From the NCBI GenBank assembly GCA_965198115.1, contig OZ240241.1:4032001-4096000 (forward strand): 64,000 bases of DNA, in the 5' to 3' direction. The position numbers and the translations under genes are program-made. The DNA comes from Candidatus Latescibacterota bacterium (GTDB taxonomy: Bacteria > Latescibacterota > UBA2968). How positions within the stretch are numbered: position 1 is the stretch's first letter; the number at the start of each line of letters is the position of its first letter. Shown one piece after another: positions 1 to 11,163 of the stretch. The notes under the pieces are model-generated. The model did not search any database. It saw nothing but the letters and a program-made list of their open reading frames with translations, and was not told the origin of the DNA.

Positions 1-715
1 TGATCCACCCGCCCGTCAAGGCCGGTATCAGAAGACCCCCACGCACAGTCGCGACGAGTACCTGACGATTGTCTCGCCGTAGTACTGCGCCCAGGAAGAG
101 CCAGCACGCAGTCGTCGCCGCTTGAAGGCACGCATAAACCAGAGTGACATAGGCAGGTGCGAGGTGTGAGTTCGCCGACCTGAGACGCGCGAGTGCTGTA
201 TCGTCGACAATCGCGTAGCCTGTCGTCCCCAGCGCTGCGAGGAGGGCGAACGCGAAACCCGGGTGCAGGTACACCGACAGTCTGAACGCCGTGACGCTTC
301 GAAGCGGAACCAGGAGACTCCCCACCACGATCAGCACAGCACCTGGCCAATAGCCTGGAGTGATCGCATCCGGATTGTGGCCGATCAGGACGCTCACGAT
401 GGCGACGAACAAGGCTGGCGCGGCACGGGCTACCGGATACGCGATCGAAAGCTCACCCGTGCGGTAGGCCGCCGCAAGGGAGCCGAGGTAAACCGCTTCG
501 AGGAATCCGGCTCCCGTAACGAGCACCACATCGTACGCGACCATCGATCCTGGCACAGCCGGAAACAGAATCAGGATCGGGGACAGGAGAAGGGCGCCTC
601 CTGTGATGGCCACGAGGAAGAACACCAGCGTGGGCACCCGATGTTTGCCGAACGCGTTCCACCCCGCGTGCATCACGGCCGAAACGAGCAGAAGGACAAT
701 CGCGAATGATTGCAT
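1..715 (-). CDS. EamA/DMT family transporter (3' end runs off the window)
   Basis: Not in the ORF track. Manual translation from ATG 715 gives MQSFAIVLLLVSAVMHAGWNAFGK...AAAYRTGELSIAYPVARAAP, a hydrophobic protein with HAxWN and YPxAR motifs typical of DMT transporters. Confidence 0.85.
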   Translation of the reverse strand, partial: MQSFAIVLLLVSAVMHAGWNAFGKHRVPTLVFFLVAITGGALLLSPILILFPAVPGSMVAYDVVLVTGAGFLEAVYLGSLAAAYRTGELSIAYPVARAAPALFVAIVSVLIGHNPDAITPGYWPGAVLIVVGSLLVPLRSVTAFRLSVYLHPGFAFALLAALGTTGYAIVDDTALARLRSANSHLAPAYVTLVYACLQAATTACWLFLGAVLRRDNRQVLVATVRGGLLIPALTGGWI

Positions 716-767
716 CAGTCAGGTGCGTCCCCCCGCCAACCCCACATCTCTTCAGCAGTGAGCCACA

Positions 768-832
768 AGGGCGAAGCCGTCTCTGCTGTCATCTGTCTTC
801 TGTACTCTGTCATCTGACAACAGGGCGAAGCC
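768..832. repeat. Five imperfect 7-bp tandem units flanked by an 11-bp direct repeat
   Basis: ctgtcat ctgtctt ctgtact ctgtcat ctgacaa at 786-820; agggcgaagcc at 768-778 and 822-832. Confidence 0.8.
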
Positions 833-856
833 ATCCTATCTGCCCACGGCCCACCG

Positions 857-1669
857 TCACTCGTACTTCCTCTTCCACTTCCAACTGTCGCTGCCCGAAA
901 TCAGAGGCTGAATCTCCTCGGGTAACGTACTTACGAAAGCGGGATCCACTTCATTGCCCGGCCATTCACGTAGCATCGGAGGCGTGTAGCCCGAAACGAG
1001 AATCACTCGCTCGCGGTCGCTTTTGATCTTCGTCGTGCTGTGGATGAGCGATTCGGGAAACAGCAACACGGACCCGGCCTTGGCCTCCACCTGATATATG
1101 AGCCCGGCGTCTGCCATCGCAGCCTCGATCATCTCATCCTTGTCCCACGTCATCCGATGACTGCCTGGAATTACCGACGTACCACCGTCGTCGGGCCCCA
1201 CGTCGGTCAGATAGGCCAGCGTCTTCACGAACAGACAGTGAAACCGATCTCCTTCCTGATAGCATCCCCAGGTGGGGGTGGTGCCACGATGAAAGCCTGT
1301 CGGGTGGGTCCGACGTGTAGAGAGCTCTTCATCCGTGTCCTCGGGATTCCGTCGATTGATAATCGCTTCCGACTCCTCCAGCCGGACCCTTCCCCCAACC
1401 ACCTCTTCTACCAAAGGCACGAGCTCTGGATGCGTCGCATAGCTCAGAAGCGCGGGATCGTAGGCGACGAGATTACCCATCAACATTCGGTCGCCCTCGC
1501 CTTGTCTATAGATCCCTTTTGATTCCGCATCGGGATCGTCCCTCATCCGTAAAAGGGCCTCTCTACTCGCTCCAACTTCCTCCTCGTTCAGCACCTCCTC
1601 CAGGAGCACGTATCCATAGGCGTCGAACTGGAATCGTTGAGCCTTTGTCAGGCGTACGTCTGTTCCCAT
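857..1669 (-). CDS. Phytanoyl-CoA dioxygenase (PhyH)-like protein
   Basis: QFDAYGYVLLEEVL, YLTDVGPDDGGTSVIPGSH and AGSVLLFPESLIHS motifs. Likely start is ATG 1669; the ORF-track extension runs into the ISL3 end. Confidence 0.85.
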   Translation of the reverse strand: MGTDVRLTKAQRFQFDAYGYVLLEEVLNEEEVGASREALLRMRDDPDAESKGIYRQGEGDRMLMGNLVAYDPALLSYATHPELVPLVEEVVGGRVRLEESEAIINRRNPEDTDEELSTRRTHPTGFHRGTTPTWGCYQEGDRFHCLFVKTLAYLTDVGPDDGGTSVIPGSHRMTWDKDEMIEAAMADAGLIYQVEAKAGSVLLFPESLIHSTTKIKSDRERVILVSGYTPPMLREWPGNEVDPAFVSTLPEEIQPLISGSDSWKWKRKYE

Positions 1670-1744
1670 CTGCTCAATCCCATTGGGTAAGTGAGTGTCG
1701 ACCAGTATCCGCCCGACAAACAGGGCGCGCAACCAAAGAAAAAC

Positions 1745-3164
1745 GGCTATATCCGGATCTCTCAACGAGATGAAGTGGGTGAAGGTGCCGTGGTTCCTGG
1801 CATGGGGGCGCGGTTAGAGTGTGCGGAACCTCTTCGGAATCTGCTCAGGGATGTTTATGTCTCCGACGGTAAGGAAGATCATATCGTTGAATGCGTCGAG
1901 TGTGCGGAATCCGCTGGCTCGGTTCTTGACGATTTGGACGATTCGGTTGAGGCCTTCGGCGATGGCGTTGGTAAGACGCGTGTTCACGAATGCGAGGACG
2001 CCGAAGAAGTGCTGTCGCAGGGTCCTGACGAACTTTCGCAGGGGTTCACGTCGACTTCTGAGTGCGGACGTCGTCCAGCATTTCAGGAAGCGTTCGGCAG
2101 CCCAGGGCGCTTTGTATTCCCAGAACTGCTCGAACTCGTCCTTGAGTCTCCAGGCTCTATAGATTCGGTAGTTCGCCTTCTCCAGTGCTTTGAGTGTCCG
2201 AGTATCCCCTCTGGAGCGTGTCGCTGAGTGCCGGTAGAGGAGCCATCGGAGGCCCTTCATGGCTTTGCGCTCATCCGGGGCAGCTTTACGCCACTGGTCC
2301 TTACGGACCTCGTCAACGGCGGCATTGAGAGCCTTGACGATGTGAAAGCGATCGAGGACCAGCTTGGCATTCGGACAGTGTTCCTGGATGGCTCCGATGT
2401 AAGCTTCGCTCATGTCGCAGCAGGCCCACTCGATCTTGGATCTCCGGTAGGGACTGAGAGCCTCTGTGAAGAACCGATCGATCGTTTTACGCGCCCTGCC
2501 GCGGCCAACCCACACCACGCAGGAGCGGTCCAGATCGTAAACGAGCGTGGCGTACCTGTGACGCTTGGCGTAGGAGATCTCGTCGATCCCGATGGTTTTG
2601 AGCCCTCGGATACGATGACCTTCACGAAGCCGCGTGATGGATCGGTGAAGGAGATCCGACAGCGTCGAGGCAGAGATGCGCAGCAACTCGGACGCCGCCT
2701 TCTGCGTCATGGTCTGGCAGTAGCGCAGCATGGCATACTCGAAGCGATACGTCACCCGAGAGAACCGCTCCGCCCACGGAATCTCCTCGACCACACGACC
2801 GTGGGTAGGACACCGAATCTCCCGAGGATGGTAGAGAAGCCAGACCCTCCACCCGCACACCGGAATGTCACGCCACCGACGCGGATGGGGCATTGTGCGG
2901 ACGATTTTACCTCGACGGCCGCACTCCGGACAACAACAACCATTCTTATGTGGCTTTACGGCGATGACGAAGCAGCTTCTCCCCTCAAACCACCAGCTGA
3001 CAACACGGAACCCCTTGAATCTCAGCAGTTTCGATAGTAATCTGCTCCCGGTCATAGGTCGCACCCCCTTCGCTTTGATTGTCCTACACACACAACCAAG
3101 CGTAGGGAACGATCTATGACCTTGTCATTCTATAGTTTCACCGTTGAGAAACCCGGATAGAGCC
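1745..3164 (-). mobile_element. ISL3-family insertion sequence
   Basis: Imperfect terminal IRs ggctatatccggatctctcaacg (1745-1767) and cgttgagaaacccggatagagcc (3142-3164); 8-bp TSD agaaaaac at 1737-1744 and 3165-3172. Confidence 0.95.
1814..3055 (-). CDS. ISL3 family transposase
   Basis: Zn-finger CPECG, IGIDE, CCDMSEAY, VLDRFHIVK and TNAIAEGLN motifs. Confidence 0.95.
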   Translation of the reverse strand: MTGSRLLSKLLRFKGFRVVSWWFEGRSCFVIAVKPHKNGCCCPECGRRGKIVRTMPHPRRWRDIPVCGWRVWLLYHPREIRCPTHGRVVEEIPWAERFSRVTYRFEYAMLRYCQTMTQKAASELLRISASTLSDLLHRSITRLREGHRIRGLKTIGIDEISYAKRHRYATLVYDLDRSCVVWVGRGRARKTIDRFFTEALSPYRRSKIEWACCDMSEAYIGAIQEHCPNAKLVLDRFHIVKALNAAVDEVRKDQWRKAAPDERKAMKGLRWLLYRHSATRSRGDTRTLKALEKANYRIYRAWRLKDEFEQFWEYKAPWAAERFLKCWTTSALRSRREPLRKFVRTLRQHFFGVLAFVNTRLTNAIAEGLNRIVQIVKNRASGFRTLDAFNDMIFLTVGDINIPEQIPKRFRTL

Positions 3165-3246
3165 AGAAAAACGCCCCTCTCTGCCATCCTCAGAAAGGAG
3201 CGTGATACTGTCCTGTCTTTGGCGATCTGTTCGCAGCCGGAGGTAC

Positions 3247-3291
3247 ATCCTGAGCCCCTCGACTTCGCTCGGGATAAACTCCGTCGAAGGG
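3247..3291. repeat. REP-like palindromic repeat, copy 1
   Basis: Core cccctcgacttcgctcgggataaactcc (3255-3282) within overlapping inverted repeats; 23/28 identical to the reverse-complement copies at 5043-5070 and 38555-38582. Confidence 0.7.
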
Positions 3292-3418
3292 CTGCTCCCA
3301 CCGCAAGATCTTGGGAAGAGCATTACCACGCCCGCTCTCCCGTTCGCCCCGTCTCCCGCTCGTCCGTCTCTGTCTTCCGGCGTCTATCCTCCGAAGTAAC
3401 GGGGTCACGAAGGAGGAT

Positions 3419-4909
3419 CTAAGGTAAGTCGGTACTCCCCATCAGGTATCGGTCAACTTCATGGGCGGCCTCGCGGCCCTCCTTGAAAGCCCACACGACC
3501 AGACTCATCCCTCGACGCACATCGCCGGCAACGAATAGACCTTCGACCTCCGTCGTGTATTGACCGACTTCGGCTTTGGCGTTCGATCGAGCGTCTCTCT
3601 CCAAATCGAACTCGTCGAGCAGTGTGTCCTCAGGGCCAAGCCATCCCATCGACAGCAGGACAATATCGGCCGGCCATGCTTTCTCCGTTCCTTCCACTTC
3701 ACGGAACGGTCTGCCATCTTCCTGGGGCTCCCACTCGACCTCGCGTGTATGTAGTTCTTTGACGTTTCCATTCCCGTCGTCAGAAAACTTGAATGTACTG
3801 AGCTTGTAAGTACGAGGATCGCCCCCGAACCGTGCCGCCACTTCTTCGTGGCCGTAGTCGATCTTCAGAATCCTCGGCATCTCGGGCCACGGATTCCCAT
3901 CCGTCCGTGCCTCCGGCGGCGCGGGGATGATATCGAATTGGTTCAGAGATTTGCATCCGTGCCGCATGGACGTACCGAGACAGTCGGTGCCGGTATCTCC
4001 CTGGCCGAGTACGACCACGTCCTTGTCTTTAGCGGAGATATAGTTCCCGTCCCCGTGCTTCGAATCCAGAAGACTCCGGGTGTTCGCCTCCAGGAACTCG
4101 ATCGCCTGGTAAACGCCCTTGAGATCGCGTCCCTCGACGGGAAGATCCCTTGGTTTAAGCGCGCCGATGCATAGCACGATCGCGTCGAAATCTTCCATCA
4201 GTTTCTTTCCCGGGATGTCCGTACCAATTTCGGTATTGAAGACGAAATCGATCCCCTCCGCCGCCATGAGATCGATCCGACGCTGCACGGTCATCTTATC
4301 CAGCTTCATGTTCGGGATACCGTACATCAGCAGCCCACCCGCCCGGTCGCTTCTCTCGTAAACGGTCACGCTGTGTCCCGCCGTATTCAACTGGGCGGCG
4401 CAGCACAGCCCCGCGGGCCCCGACCCCACGACAGCGACGCGCTTGCCCGTACGTCTGTCGGGTGGACTGGCCACGATCCAGCCTTCTTCCCACGCCCGAT
4501 CGACGATACTGACTTCCATCTGCTTGATCGTCACCGGAGGCTCGTTGATCCCGAGCACACAGGATCCTTCGCACGGGGCAGGACACACGCGACCGGTGAA
4601 CTCCGGGAAGTTATTCGTCTTATGGAGTCGCTCGATCGCCTCTTTCCACAGACCCCGATAGACGAGGTCATTCCATTCGGGGATCAGGTTGTTGATGGGG
4701 CATCCGGACGGAAATGGCGTGTTCTCGGGAAGACTCTCTCCAGTGTGGCAGAACGGAACTCCGCAATCCATGCAGCGTCCACCCTGCTGTCTCAGCTTCT
4801 CCTCGGTCAGGTGGAGGTGGAATTCGTCCCAGTCCGCGATCCGCTCCCCCGGGGAACGGTCGGCCGGCAGTTCACGATCGAACTCGAGAAATCCGGTCGG
4901 TTTACCCAT
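3419..4909 (-). CDS. gltD: Glutamate synthase small subunit
   Basis: [10 protein letters not shown] start, [28 protein letters not shown] and GSGPAG motifs; lies downstream of gltB. Confidence 0.97.
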   Translation of the reverse strand: MGKPTGFLEFDRELPADRSPGERIADWDEFHLHLTEEKLRQQGGRCMDCGVPFCHTGESLPENTPFPSGCPINNLIPEWNDLVYRGLWKEAIERLHKTNNFPEFTGRVCPAPCEGSCVLGINEPPVTIKQMEVSIVDRAWEEGWIVASPPDRRTGKRVAVVGSGPAGLCCAAQLNTAGHSVTVYERSDRAGGLLMYGIPNMKLDKMTVQRRIDLMAAEGIDFVFNTEIGTDIPGKKLMEDFDAIVLCIGALKPRDLPVEGRDLKGVYQAIEFLEANTRSLLDSKHGDGNYISAKDKDVVVLGQGDTGTDCLGTSMRHGCKSLNQFDIIPAPPEARTDGNPWPEMPRILKIDYGHEEVAARFGGDPRTYKLSTFKFSDDGNGNVKELHTREVEWEPQEDGRPFREVEGTEKAWPADIVLLSMGWLGPEDTLLDEFDLERDARSNAKAEVGQYTTEVEGLFVAGDVRRGMSLVVWAFKEGREAAHEVDRYLMGSTDLP

Positions 4910-5042
4910 CAGTTCTCCACGATCCTGGTATTACTGAAGTCAAATTCATCGCACTTCCTGTCCTACGAACCACCCCAGTCAATCTTGTTCCCCGAATAGG
5001 GCCTCGATCCCGAGGACTCTACGTTCCCTGTGTATTCTGTTT

Positions 5043-5147
5043 GGAGTTCATCCCGAACGGAGTGGAGAGGAGGGCCCAAGATTTCCGTTCGTGTTTTTCG
5101 TGTATTTCGTGGTTCTGTCTTTGTCTTTCTTCCGTGTGTTCCGTGGT
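5043..5147. repeat. REP-like copy 2 plus 9-bp tandem repeats in the gltB-gltD spacer
   Basis: ggagttcatcccgaacggagtggagagg (5043-5070); ttcgtgttt ttcgtgtat ttcgtggtt (5088-5114); ttccgtgtg ttccgtggt (5130-5147). Confidence 0.7.
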
Positions 5148-5148
5148 C

Positions 5149-8100
5149 TTAGCCCGCAACGGCTTCCCGGAAGGCGGTCAACGTCGCATCATCTCCCTGC
5201 AGCCCCCTCGCCTGTGCCCGTTCGATGGCATCGAGTATCTTGCGATAATCACGCGGCATCACTTTGACGAATCGCTCGACCATCCGATCCCACGAAGAGA
5301 GCATCTCACGTGCAAGCGCACTGTCCGTGTAGTCGGCGTGACGCTCGATCATCACTCGTACCTCTTCGATTTCCTCAGCGTCAGAAAGCGACTCGAGATC
5401 CGAAATCTCCTGATTGCAGCGCGTGTCGAATGTGCCGTCCTCATCGAACACGTAAGCGATGCCACCGGACATCCCAGCGGCAAAGTTTCGACCCGTAGGA
5501 CCCAAAACCACGACGCGACCGCCCGTCATGTATTCACACCCGTGGTCTCCGACCGCTTCCACGACGGCACGAACACCGCTGTTTCGGACACAGAACCGTT
5601 CTCCGGCCATTCCGCGGATGAACGCTTCGCCATTCGTCGCACCGTAGAACGCGACGTTTCCCACGATGATGTTGTCGCGAGGCACGAACGTCGACCCCTC
5701 TGGCGGATACAGAATCATCCGTCCGCCGGAAAGACCTTTTCCGTAGTAGTCGTTTGCGTCACCCTCCAGCTCGAGCGTCACGCCGGGGGGGACGAAGGCC
5801 CCGAAGCTCTGACCTGCCGAACCCTGGAAGTGCAGATGAATCGTGTCTGCCGGGAGTCCATCGGCACCGAATCGCCGCGTCACCTCGCTACCGAGAATTG
5901 TCCCCACGACACGGTTCGTGTTCTTGATTGGCAGTTTCGCCTTGACGTGTGAACCGTCCTCCAACGCCTTATCGCACAAGTCCAGAAGGGTCTGGTTGTC
6001 GAGGGCATTCTCCAACCCGTGGTCTTGGGCGACACAGCAGTAGGTCGGCTCGTCACGTCCCGGTTCGGGTTTATGGAGGATCCGGCTCAGATCCAGGTGC
6101 TTCGCCTTCCAGTGTGTGACATCGTCCCGCTGTCGCAACACGTCCACCCGACCGACCATCTCATCGACCGTCCGGAACCCCAACCTGGCCATAATCTCCC
6201 GCATGTCCTCAGCGATGAACCGGAGGAAGTTCACGACCTGATCAGGCGATCCCATGAACTTCTCCCGTAGGTCAGGATTCTGCGTCGCAACACCCACCGG
6301 ACACGTGTCCAGATGGCAGACCCGCATCATAATGCAGCCCATCGCCACCAACCCCGTCGTCGCAAAGCCGAATTCCTCAGCACCCAGTAACGCCGCGATG
6401 ACAACATCGCGTCCGGTTTTCAGCTGACCGTCTGTCTCGACGACGATTCGACTTCGCAGATTGTTGATCACGAGCGTCTGGTGTGTGTCCGAAAGACCCA
6501 GCTCCCAGGGCAGTCCGGCGTGTTTGATACTGGTTTGCGGGGAAGCGCCGGTACCGCCATCGTGGCCGCTGATCAGCACGACATCGGCGTGACCCTTTGC
6601 AACGCCGGCAGCCACCGTACCCACGCCCACCTCCGAAACCAGCTTGACGTTGATGCGCGCGTCCGTATTCGAATTCTTCAGATCGTGGATGAGCTGCGCC
6701 AGATCCTCGATCGAGTAAATGTCGTGGTGGGGGGGCGGTGAGATCAGCTCAACACCCGGTGTCGAGTGCCGAACTCTTGCGATCCACGGATAGACCTTCT
6801 TCCCGGGTAGCTCGCCGCCTTCGCCTGGCTTCGCGCCCTGGGCCATTTTGATCTGCAGCTCGCGCGCGTTCACGAGATACAGACTCGTCACACCGAACCG
6901 GCCCGAAGCCACCTGCTTGATCGCACTGTTCTTCGAATCTCCGTTCGGCTCCAGCGTGTATCGTTCTGAATCTTCGCCGCCTTCCCCGGTGTTACTGCGC
7001 CCACCGATCCGGTTCATCGCGATCGCCAGCGCTTCGTGCGCTTCTTTGCTGATCGACCCGTAGGACATGGCCCCGCTCTTGAACCGTTTGGTAATCGACT
7101 CGGCCGACTCCACCTCCTCGATGGGGATCCCTTCCTCGGGAAGGTCGAACTCCATCAAGCCCCTGAGAGTGGCAATACGTTCGGACTGATCGTTGATCAG
7201 TTCGGCGTACTCTTTGTAGACCTCGTAGTCGTTCATTCTCGCCGCCAACTGAAGCTTGTGGATCGTCAGCGGGTTGAACAGGTGATACTCGCCGTCCTTT
7301 CGCCATTGGAACTGTCCACCGACGTCGAGGGTACGACCGTTCACCGGAATATCGGGGAAGGCCTGGCGGTGACGCATCAGCGCCTCTTCGGCCACCACTT
7401 CGAGCCCGATGCCATCCACGCGTGAATCCGTCCACGTGAAGTATTTGTCGACGAGAGCCTGACTCAGACCCACTGCCTCGAAGATCTGAGCACCCCGGTA
7501 GGACTTGATCGTCGAGATGCCCATCTTGGCGATGACCTTCACCACACCTTTGACAGCAGAATAGATGTATCCCGAAACGGCCGACGCGTGGTCGTAGCCT
7601 TCGACCATGCCCTCGCGAATCATGTCTCCGAGGCTCTCGAAAGCCATGTAGGGATTGATCGCCTGGGCGCCGTAGCCGAGTAGCAGGCAGAAATGATGAA
7701 CCTCCCTCGGCTCTCCCGACTCGATCGCGATGCCGACACGTGTGCGCGTTTTGTTCCGGATCAGATGATGGTGCAGACCTGACGTCGCAAGCAGGGCCGG
7801 AATCGGGCAATGCTCTCCGTCCATCCCTCGATCCGACAGGATCAACAGATTGACCCCCGTTTCGATCGCACGATCCGCACCTTCGAAGAGCGTATCCATC
7901 GCCAGCTCGAGCCCTGTCGGACCCTTTGACGTGTCGAACACAATAGGGAGAGTATGCGTCCTGAAGCCCGGATGGTCGATCGACCGGATTCGCTCCAGCT
8001 CCTCGTTCGTGAGGACCGGCCGCTCCAGTTCGATCTGGTGACAGCTTTCTGGCGCCGGGTCGAGCAGATTCCCCTCGAGGCCGATCGTCGTCGATGCCGA

Positions 8101-9738
8101 AGTGATCAGTTCCTCACGTAGCGGGTCGATCGGCGGATTCGTCACCTGAGCGAACAGTTGCTTGAAGTAGCTGTAGAGGAGGTGGGGCTTGTCCGACAGA
8201 ACGGCCAGCGGCGCGTCGTTCCCCATCGACCCCACGGGATCCTTCCCCGAGGAAATCATCGGACCCAGGAAAACTCGCAGGTCTTCGTAGGTATATCCGA
8301 ACACCTGCTGGCGTTGCAACACCTCTTCGTGGTCGGGTAGCTTATCGTCGATACTCGCCTTCGGCAGGTATTCCAAGGCGACAAGGTATTCGTCGAGCCA
8401 GGTTTGATAAGGGTTCGCTGTAGCCACCTGATCTTTCAGCTCTTCGTCGCTGATGATCCGGCCCTGCTCGGTGTCGACCAGCAGCATCCGACCCGGCTGG
8501 AGACGGTCCTTGTGAAGGACACGATCGGGCGGGACCTCCATCACCCCGACTTCAGAAGCCAGCACGACGAGATCGTCTTTTGTCACGTAGTAGCGCGAGG
8601 GTCTCAACCCGTTGCGGTCGAGCACGGCTCCGATCTTCACGCCATCCGTAAAAGCAATCGACGCGGGGCCGTCCCACGGCTCCATCAGACAGCTGTGGTA
8701 CTGATAGAAAGCGCGTTTCTCCGGACTCATGCTTTCGTGGTTTTCCCACGGCTCCGGAATCATCATCATCATCACGTGCGGGATCGATCGGCCGGCCAAC
8801 GTCAGGAATTCGAGCGCGTTGTCGAACACAGCAGAATCGCTTCCTTCCGGGTCCTCGATCACCGGCATGACCTTCTCCAGGTCTTCGCCGAACAATTCCG
8901 AAGCGAAATTGCCCTGACGCGTGAACATCCAGTTCACGTTGCCTCGCTTCGTGTTGATCTCGCCGTTGTGGATCATCATCCGATACGGATGCGAGAGCTC
9001 CCAACTCGGGAACGTATTCGTGCTGAAACGGGAGTGAACCAGTGCCAGAGCGGTCATGATCGACCTGTCTTTGAGGTCGATGTAAAAGTCCTCCACCTGC
9101 GCGGGCGTCAGCATCCCCTTGAAGACGATCAATCGCGAAGAGAGGCTCGACACATAGAAGTGCTCGCTGCCAGGCAAATCTCCTTCGTAACGAATCTCCC
9201 GGGCCACGCGCTTTCGGATCACATACAACTTCCGCTCGAACGCGTCCTGATCTTGAATGGCGTCGCTTCGACCGATGAAGATCTGCCGAATCGATGGCTC
9301 CAGACGCTTGGCGGTTTCGCCCAGATGCAGGTTGTCCGTCGGCACACCGCGCCAACCGAGCACGACTTGCCCCTCCTCAACCACGATGCGTTCAAGCACC
9401 TTCTCTTGCGCGTGGCGTTGATCACGATCGGGGCTCAGGAAGATCATGCCGACACCATACTTGCCCGGCCAGGGAAGGTCGATCCCGATCCCATCGCACG
9501 CAGACTGGAAGAAGCGGTGAGGAATCTGCATCAGAACCCCTGCGCCATCACCCGTATCCGGTTCGCTCCCCCTGGCTCCTCGATGGTCGAGGTTCACGAG
9601 CACTTCCATCGCCTGACGTACGATTCGGTTGGACTTCTGACCTTTCACGTGGGCCACAAAACCGATTCCGCAGGCATCGTGCTCGTTCTTCGGGTCGTAC
9701 AGACCTTGTTTCGGGGGCAATCCGATGGGGTTTGACAT
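5149..9738 (-). CDS. gltB: Glutamate synthase large subunit
   Basis: EHDACGIGF (catalytic Cys), [30 protein letters not shown] and [19 protein letters not shown] motifs. Confidence 0.98.
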   Translation of the reverse strand: MSNPIGLPPKQGLYDPKNEHDACGIGFVAHVKGQKSNRIVRQAMEVLVNLDHRGARGSEPDTGDGAGVLMQIPHRFFQSACDGIGIDLPWPGKYGVGMIFLSPDRDQRHAQEKVLERIVVEEGQVVLGWRGVPTDNLHLGETAKRLEPSIRQIFIGRSDAIQDQDAFERKLYVIRKRVAREIRYEGDLPGSEHFYVSSLSSRLIVFKGMLTPAQVEDFYIDLKDRSIMTALALVHSRFSTNTFPSWELSHPYRMMIHNGEINTKRGNVNWMFTRQGNFASELFGEDLEKVMPVIEDPEGSDSAVFDNALEFLTLAGRSIPHVMMMMIPEPWENHESMSPEKRAFYQYHSCLMEPWDGPASIAFTDGVKIGAVLDRNGLRPSRYYVTKDDLVVLASEVGVMEVPPDRVLHKDRLQPGRMLLVDTEQGRIISDEELKDQVATANPYQTWLDEYLVALEYLPKASIDDKLPDHEEVLQRQQVFGYTYEDLRVFLGPMISSGKDPVGSMGNDAPLAVLSDKPHLLYSYFKQLFAQVTNPPIDPLREELITSASTTIGLEGNLLDPAPESCHQIELERPVLTNEELERIRSIDHPGFRTHTLPIVFDTSKGPTGLELAMDTLFEGADRAIETGVNLLILSDRGMDGEHCPIPALLATSGLHHHLIRNKTRTRVGIAIESGEPREVHHFCLLLGYGAQAINPYMAFESLGDMIREGMVEGYDHASAVSGYIYSAVKGVVKVIAKMGISTIKSYRGAQIFEAVGLSQALVDKYFTWTDSRVDGIGLEVVAEEALMRHRQAFPDIPVNGRTLDVGGQFQWRKDGEYHLFNPLTIHKLQLAARMNDYEVYKEYAELINDQSERIATLRGLMEFDLPEEGIPIEEVESAESITKRFKSGAMSYGSISKEAHEALAIAMNRIGGRSNTGEGGEDSERYTLEPNGDSKNSAIKQVASGRFGVTSLYLVNARELQIKMAQGAKPGEGGELPGKKVYPWIARVRHSTPGVELISPPPHHDIYSIEDLAQLIHDLKNSNTDARINVKLVSEVGVGTVAAGVAKGHADVVLISGHDGGTGASPQTSIKHAGLPWELGLSDTHQTLVINNLRSRIVVETDGQLKTGRDVVIAALLGAEEFGFATTGLVAMGCIMMRVCHLDTCPVGVATQNPDLREKFMGSPDQVVNFLRFIAEDMREIMARLGFRTVDEMVGRVDVLRQRDDVTHWKAKHLDLSRILHKPEPGRDEPTYCCVAQDHGLENALDNQTLLDLCDKALEDGSHVKAKLPIKNTNRVVGTILGSEVTRRFGADGLPADTIHLHFQGSAGQSFGAFVPPGVTLELEGDANDYYGKGLSGGRMILYPPEGSTFVPRDNIIVGNVAFYGATNGEAFIRGMAGERFCVRNSGVRAVVEAVGDHGCEYMTGGRVVVLGPTGRNFAAGMSGGIAYVFDEDGTFDTRCNQEISDLESLSDAEEIEEVRVMIERHADYTDSALAREMLSSWDRMVERFVKVMPRDYRKILDAIERAQARGLQGDDATLTAFREAVAG

Positions 9739-9966
9739 GGGTTTAACCTTTTTGACAACGCCCATCACTGCGCGTGACCGCTACACCTCGGGGATTCGTC
9801 GTTCGAAACGGACGGCTCGGACTGTGACTTCGGCCGATGGGCTCAGCCAACCCGAGAACGTTTAATATAATGGGTTTTCGGGAAACCGCAAAGGCGGGGT
9901 AATACTTGGTAGTGTCCTAATTTGACGGCAGTCCGAGGTCGGCGGGACTGTCGGGTATGGGTGGAG

Positions 9967-10261
9967 CTACCTGTTTTGTGAAGCGATGGACGCACGGACG
10001 GCGTCTTGGGCAGAGGCTACCGGGGGGACGTGGAGAACAGCAAAAAACTGTCGTCTATCGGACCCTTGGACGGGAGACGACCAAGCGTATGCGATAGACG
10101 CCGATGGGTGGCCTTCGAGGGCGAAAGATGTGAACGTCTCCGTCCCAGACCGTCTCGCCCTCGAAGGTTTCTGTTACGTGTTCTGTGCCCGTATGGCGGG
10201 CGTTACATTCGTGTAGGCCCTCAACCGCCTGCTTCAGGGCCGCTATCGGGACTTCCTGCAT
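9967..10261 (-). pseudogene. Passenger gene B, ~97-aa hypothetical protein with a +1 frameshift near 10124
   Basis: MQEVPIAALKQAVEGLH...TFEGETVWDGDVHIF continues in another frame as ALEGHPSASIAYAWSSPVQGSDRRQFFAVLHVPPVASAQDAVRASIASQNR to TAG 9967. Confidence 0.7.
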
Positions 10262-11024
10262 CGTCAGCGTCCTCTGCTTCAGCGGCCAAAGACCAAATGG
10301 TCTGGAGGCTGTCTATCAACTTTCCGAACTTCGATTTTAGGACTTCAGAATCCATATCTGACAGGGAAAGCCCATTGACGGGGAATCCCACATCAATCTG
10401 GGCATCCCCCATCTTGATGGTGTAGGTTCCGGGCATTTTGTTTGTCCGATGAGAGACAGGGCCGGGCTGCGGTGGTGGCGGTGCTATGGCCGCGTCCCCG
10501 TCGTTGTCGGCGGATTTATCACCACCTTCACCCTCCAATATACGGGCTTCTGAGAGTCCTGCAAACTGAATTGTCGTCGGGTAATTCTGTAAAAAGGTTT
10601 CCGTTCCTGTTTCGGTAAACCCGTTTCTGCGCTTACAATAGTCCCTCATGTCGTAGATGTCCGGTATTGGTTTTTCCGGTGTGTAGAGGGTGCTGTAGAC
10701 AGGTGGACTAAGGGCCGCCAGCCGGAGATTCTTCATTCTCTCGTTCGAGTCGGGGCGCTCGTCCCTCACTATGTCACGGGCAATATCCGTCAACCGATAT
10801 TCCTTCGTACCCGCGTTCTTCTTGCCCCTTTCCTCCATCAATCCGAACTGCCCCAGTGTGGAAAGGGCCGCGTCGGCCGCATCGTTACTGGACACTAACT
10901 CACGTATCTGTGGGAGGATAGCGTCAAGATGCACCCACCGTGTTCCGTTTCTTTGCTCAAGGGCTGTCGTAAGATGAATCGATTCCTTGAGGTCTATTAA
11001 CGGATGAGATTTGCTCCTTGCCAT
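10221..11024 (-). CDS. Passenger gene A, uncharacterised protein with probable winged-helix N-terminal domain and low-complexity C-terminus
   Basis: 267 aa with CAGGAGG RBS; helix-then-wing pattern ALSTLGQFGLMEERG...YRLTDIARDI; Pro-rich linker; lower GC than the flanks. Confidence 0.75.
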   Translation of the reverse strand: MARSKSHPLIDLKESIHLTTALEQRNGTRWVHLDAILPQIRELVSSNDAADAALSTLGQFGLMEERGKKNAGTKEYRLTDIARDIVRDERPDSNERMKNLRLAALSPPVYSTLYTPEKPIPDIYDMRDYCKRRNGFTETGTETFLQNYPTTIQFAGLSEARILEGEGGDKSADNDGDAAIAPPPPQPGPVSHRTNKMPGTYTIKMGDAQIDVGFPVNGLSLSDMDSEVLKSKFGKLIDSLQTIWSLAAEAEDADDAGSPDSGPEAGG

Positions 11025-11057
11025 AGCGCAACCTCCTGAGATTTCGTATACTTTGTA

Positions 11058-11145
11058 TGGCGGAAGGCGCAGGAATCGAACCTTAGCCGTTCGGCTTCTC
11101 CAAGGTGTATGGCCCGGATTGCGTCACCAGACGCGAGCGCCTTCC
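11058..11145 (-). tRNA. tRNA(Sec)-like 9/3 cloverleaf RNA (allo-tRNA-like) with a non-canonical anticodon loop
   Basis: Reverse complement reads GGAAGGCGC-UC-GCGUC(UGGU)GACGC-AA-UCCGGG(CCAUACAC)CUUGGA-GA-AGCC(GAAC)GGCU-A-AGG(UUCGAUU)CCU-GCGCCUUCC-G-CCA: 9-bp acceptor stem, 3-bp T stem, D tetraloop, variable arm, G73 and encoded CCA. Confidence 0.8.
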
Positions 11146-11163
11146 GCCCGTATCTACAAAGCT

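Noticed and set aside
4714-9735. Long plus-strand ORFs (412 aa and 443 aa) opposite gltB
   Set aside because: They are antisense shadows typical of GC-rich coding DNA and carry no recognisable motifs.
11058-11145. The host's genuine selC (tRNA-Sec) or a UGA suppressor
   Set aside because: There is no UCA anticodon, the fold is 9/3 rather than the bacterial 8/5, and it lies inside an IS. The CCA triplet in the loop is off-centre, so a Trp anticodon is not supported.
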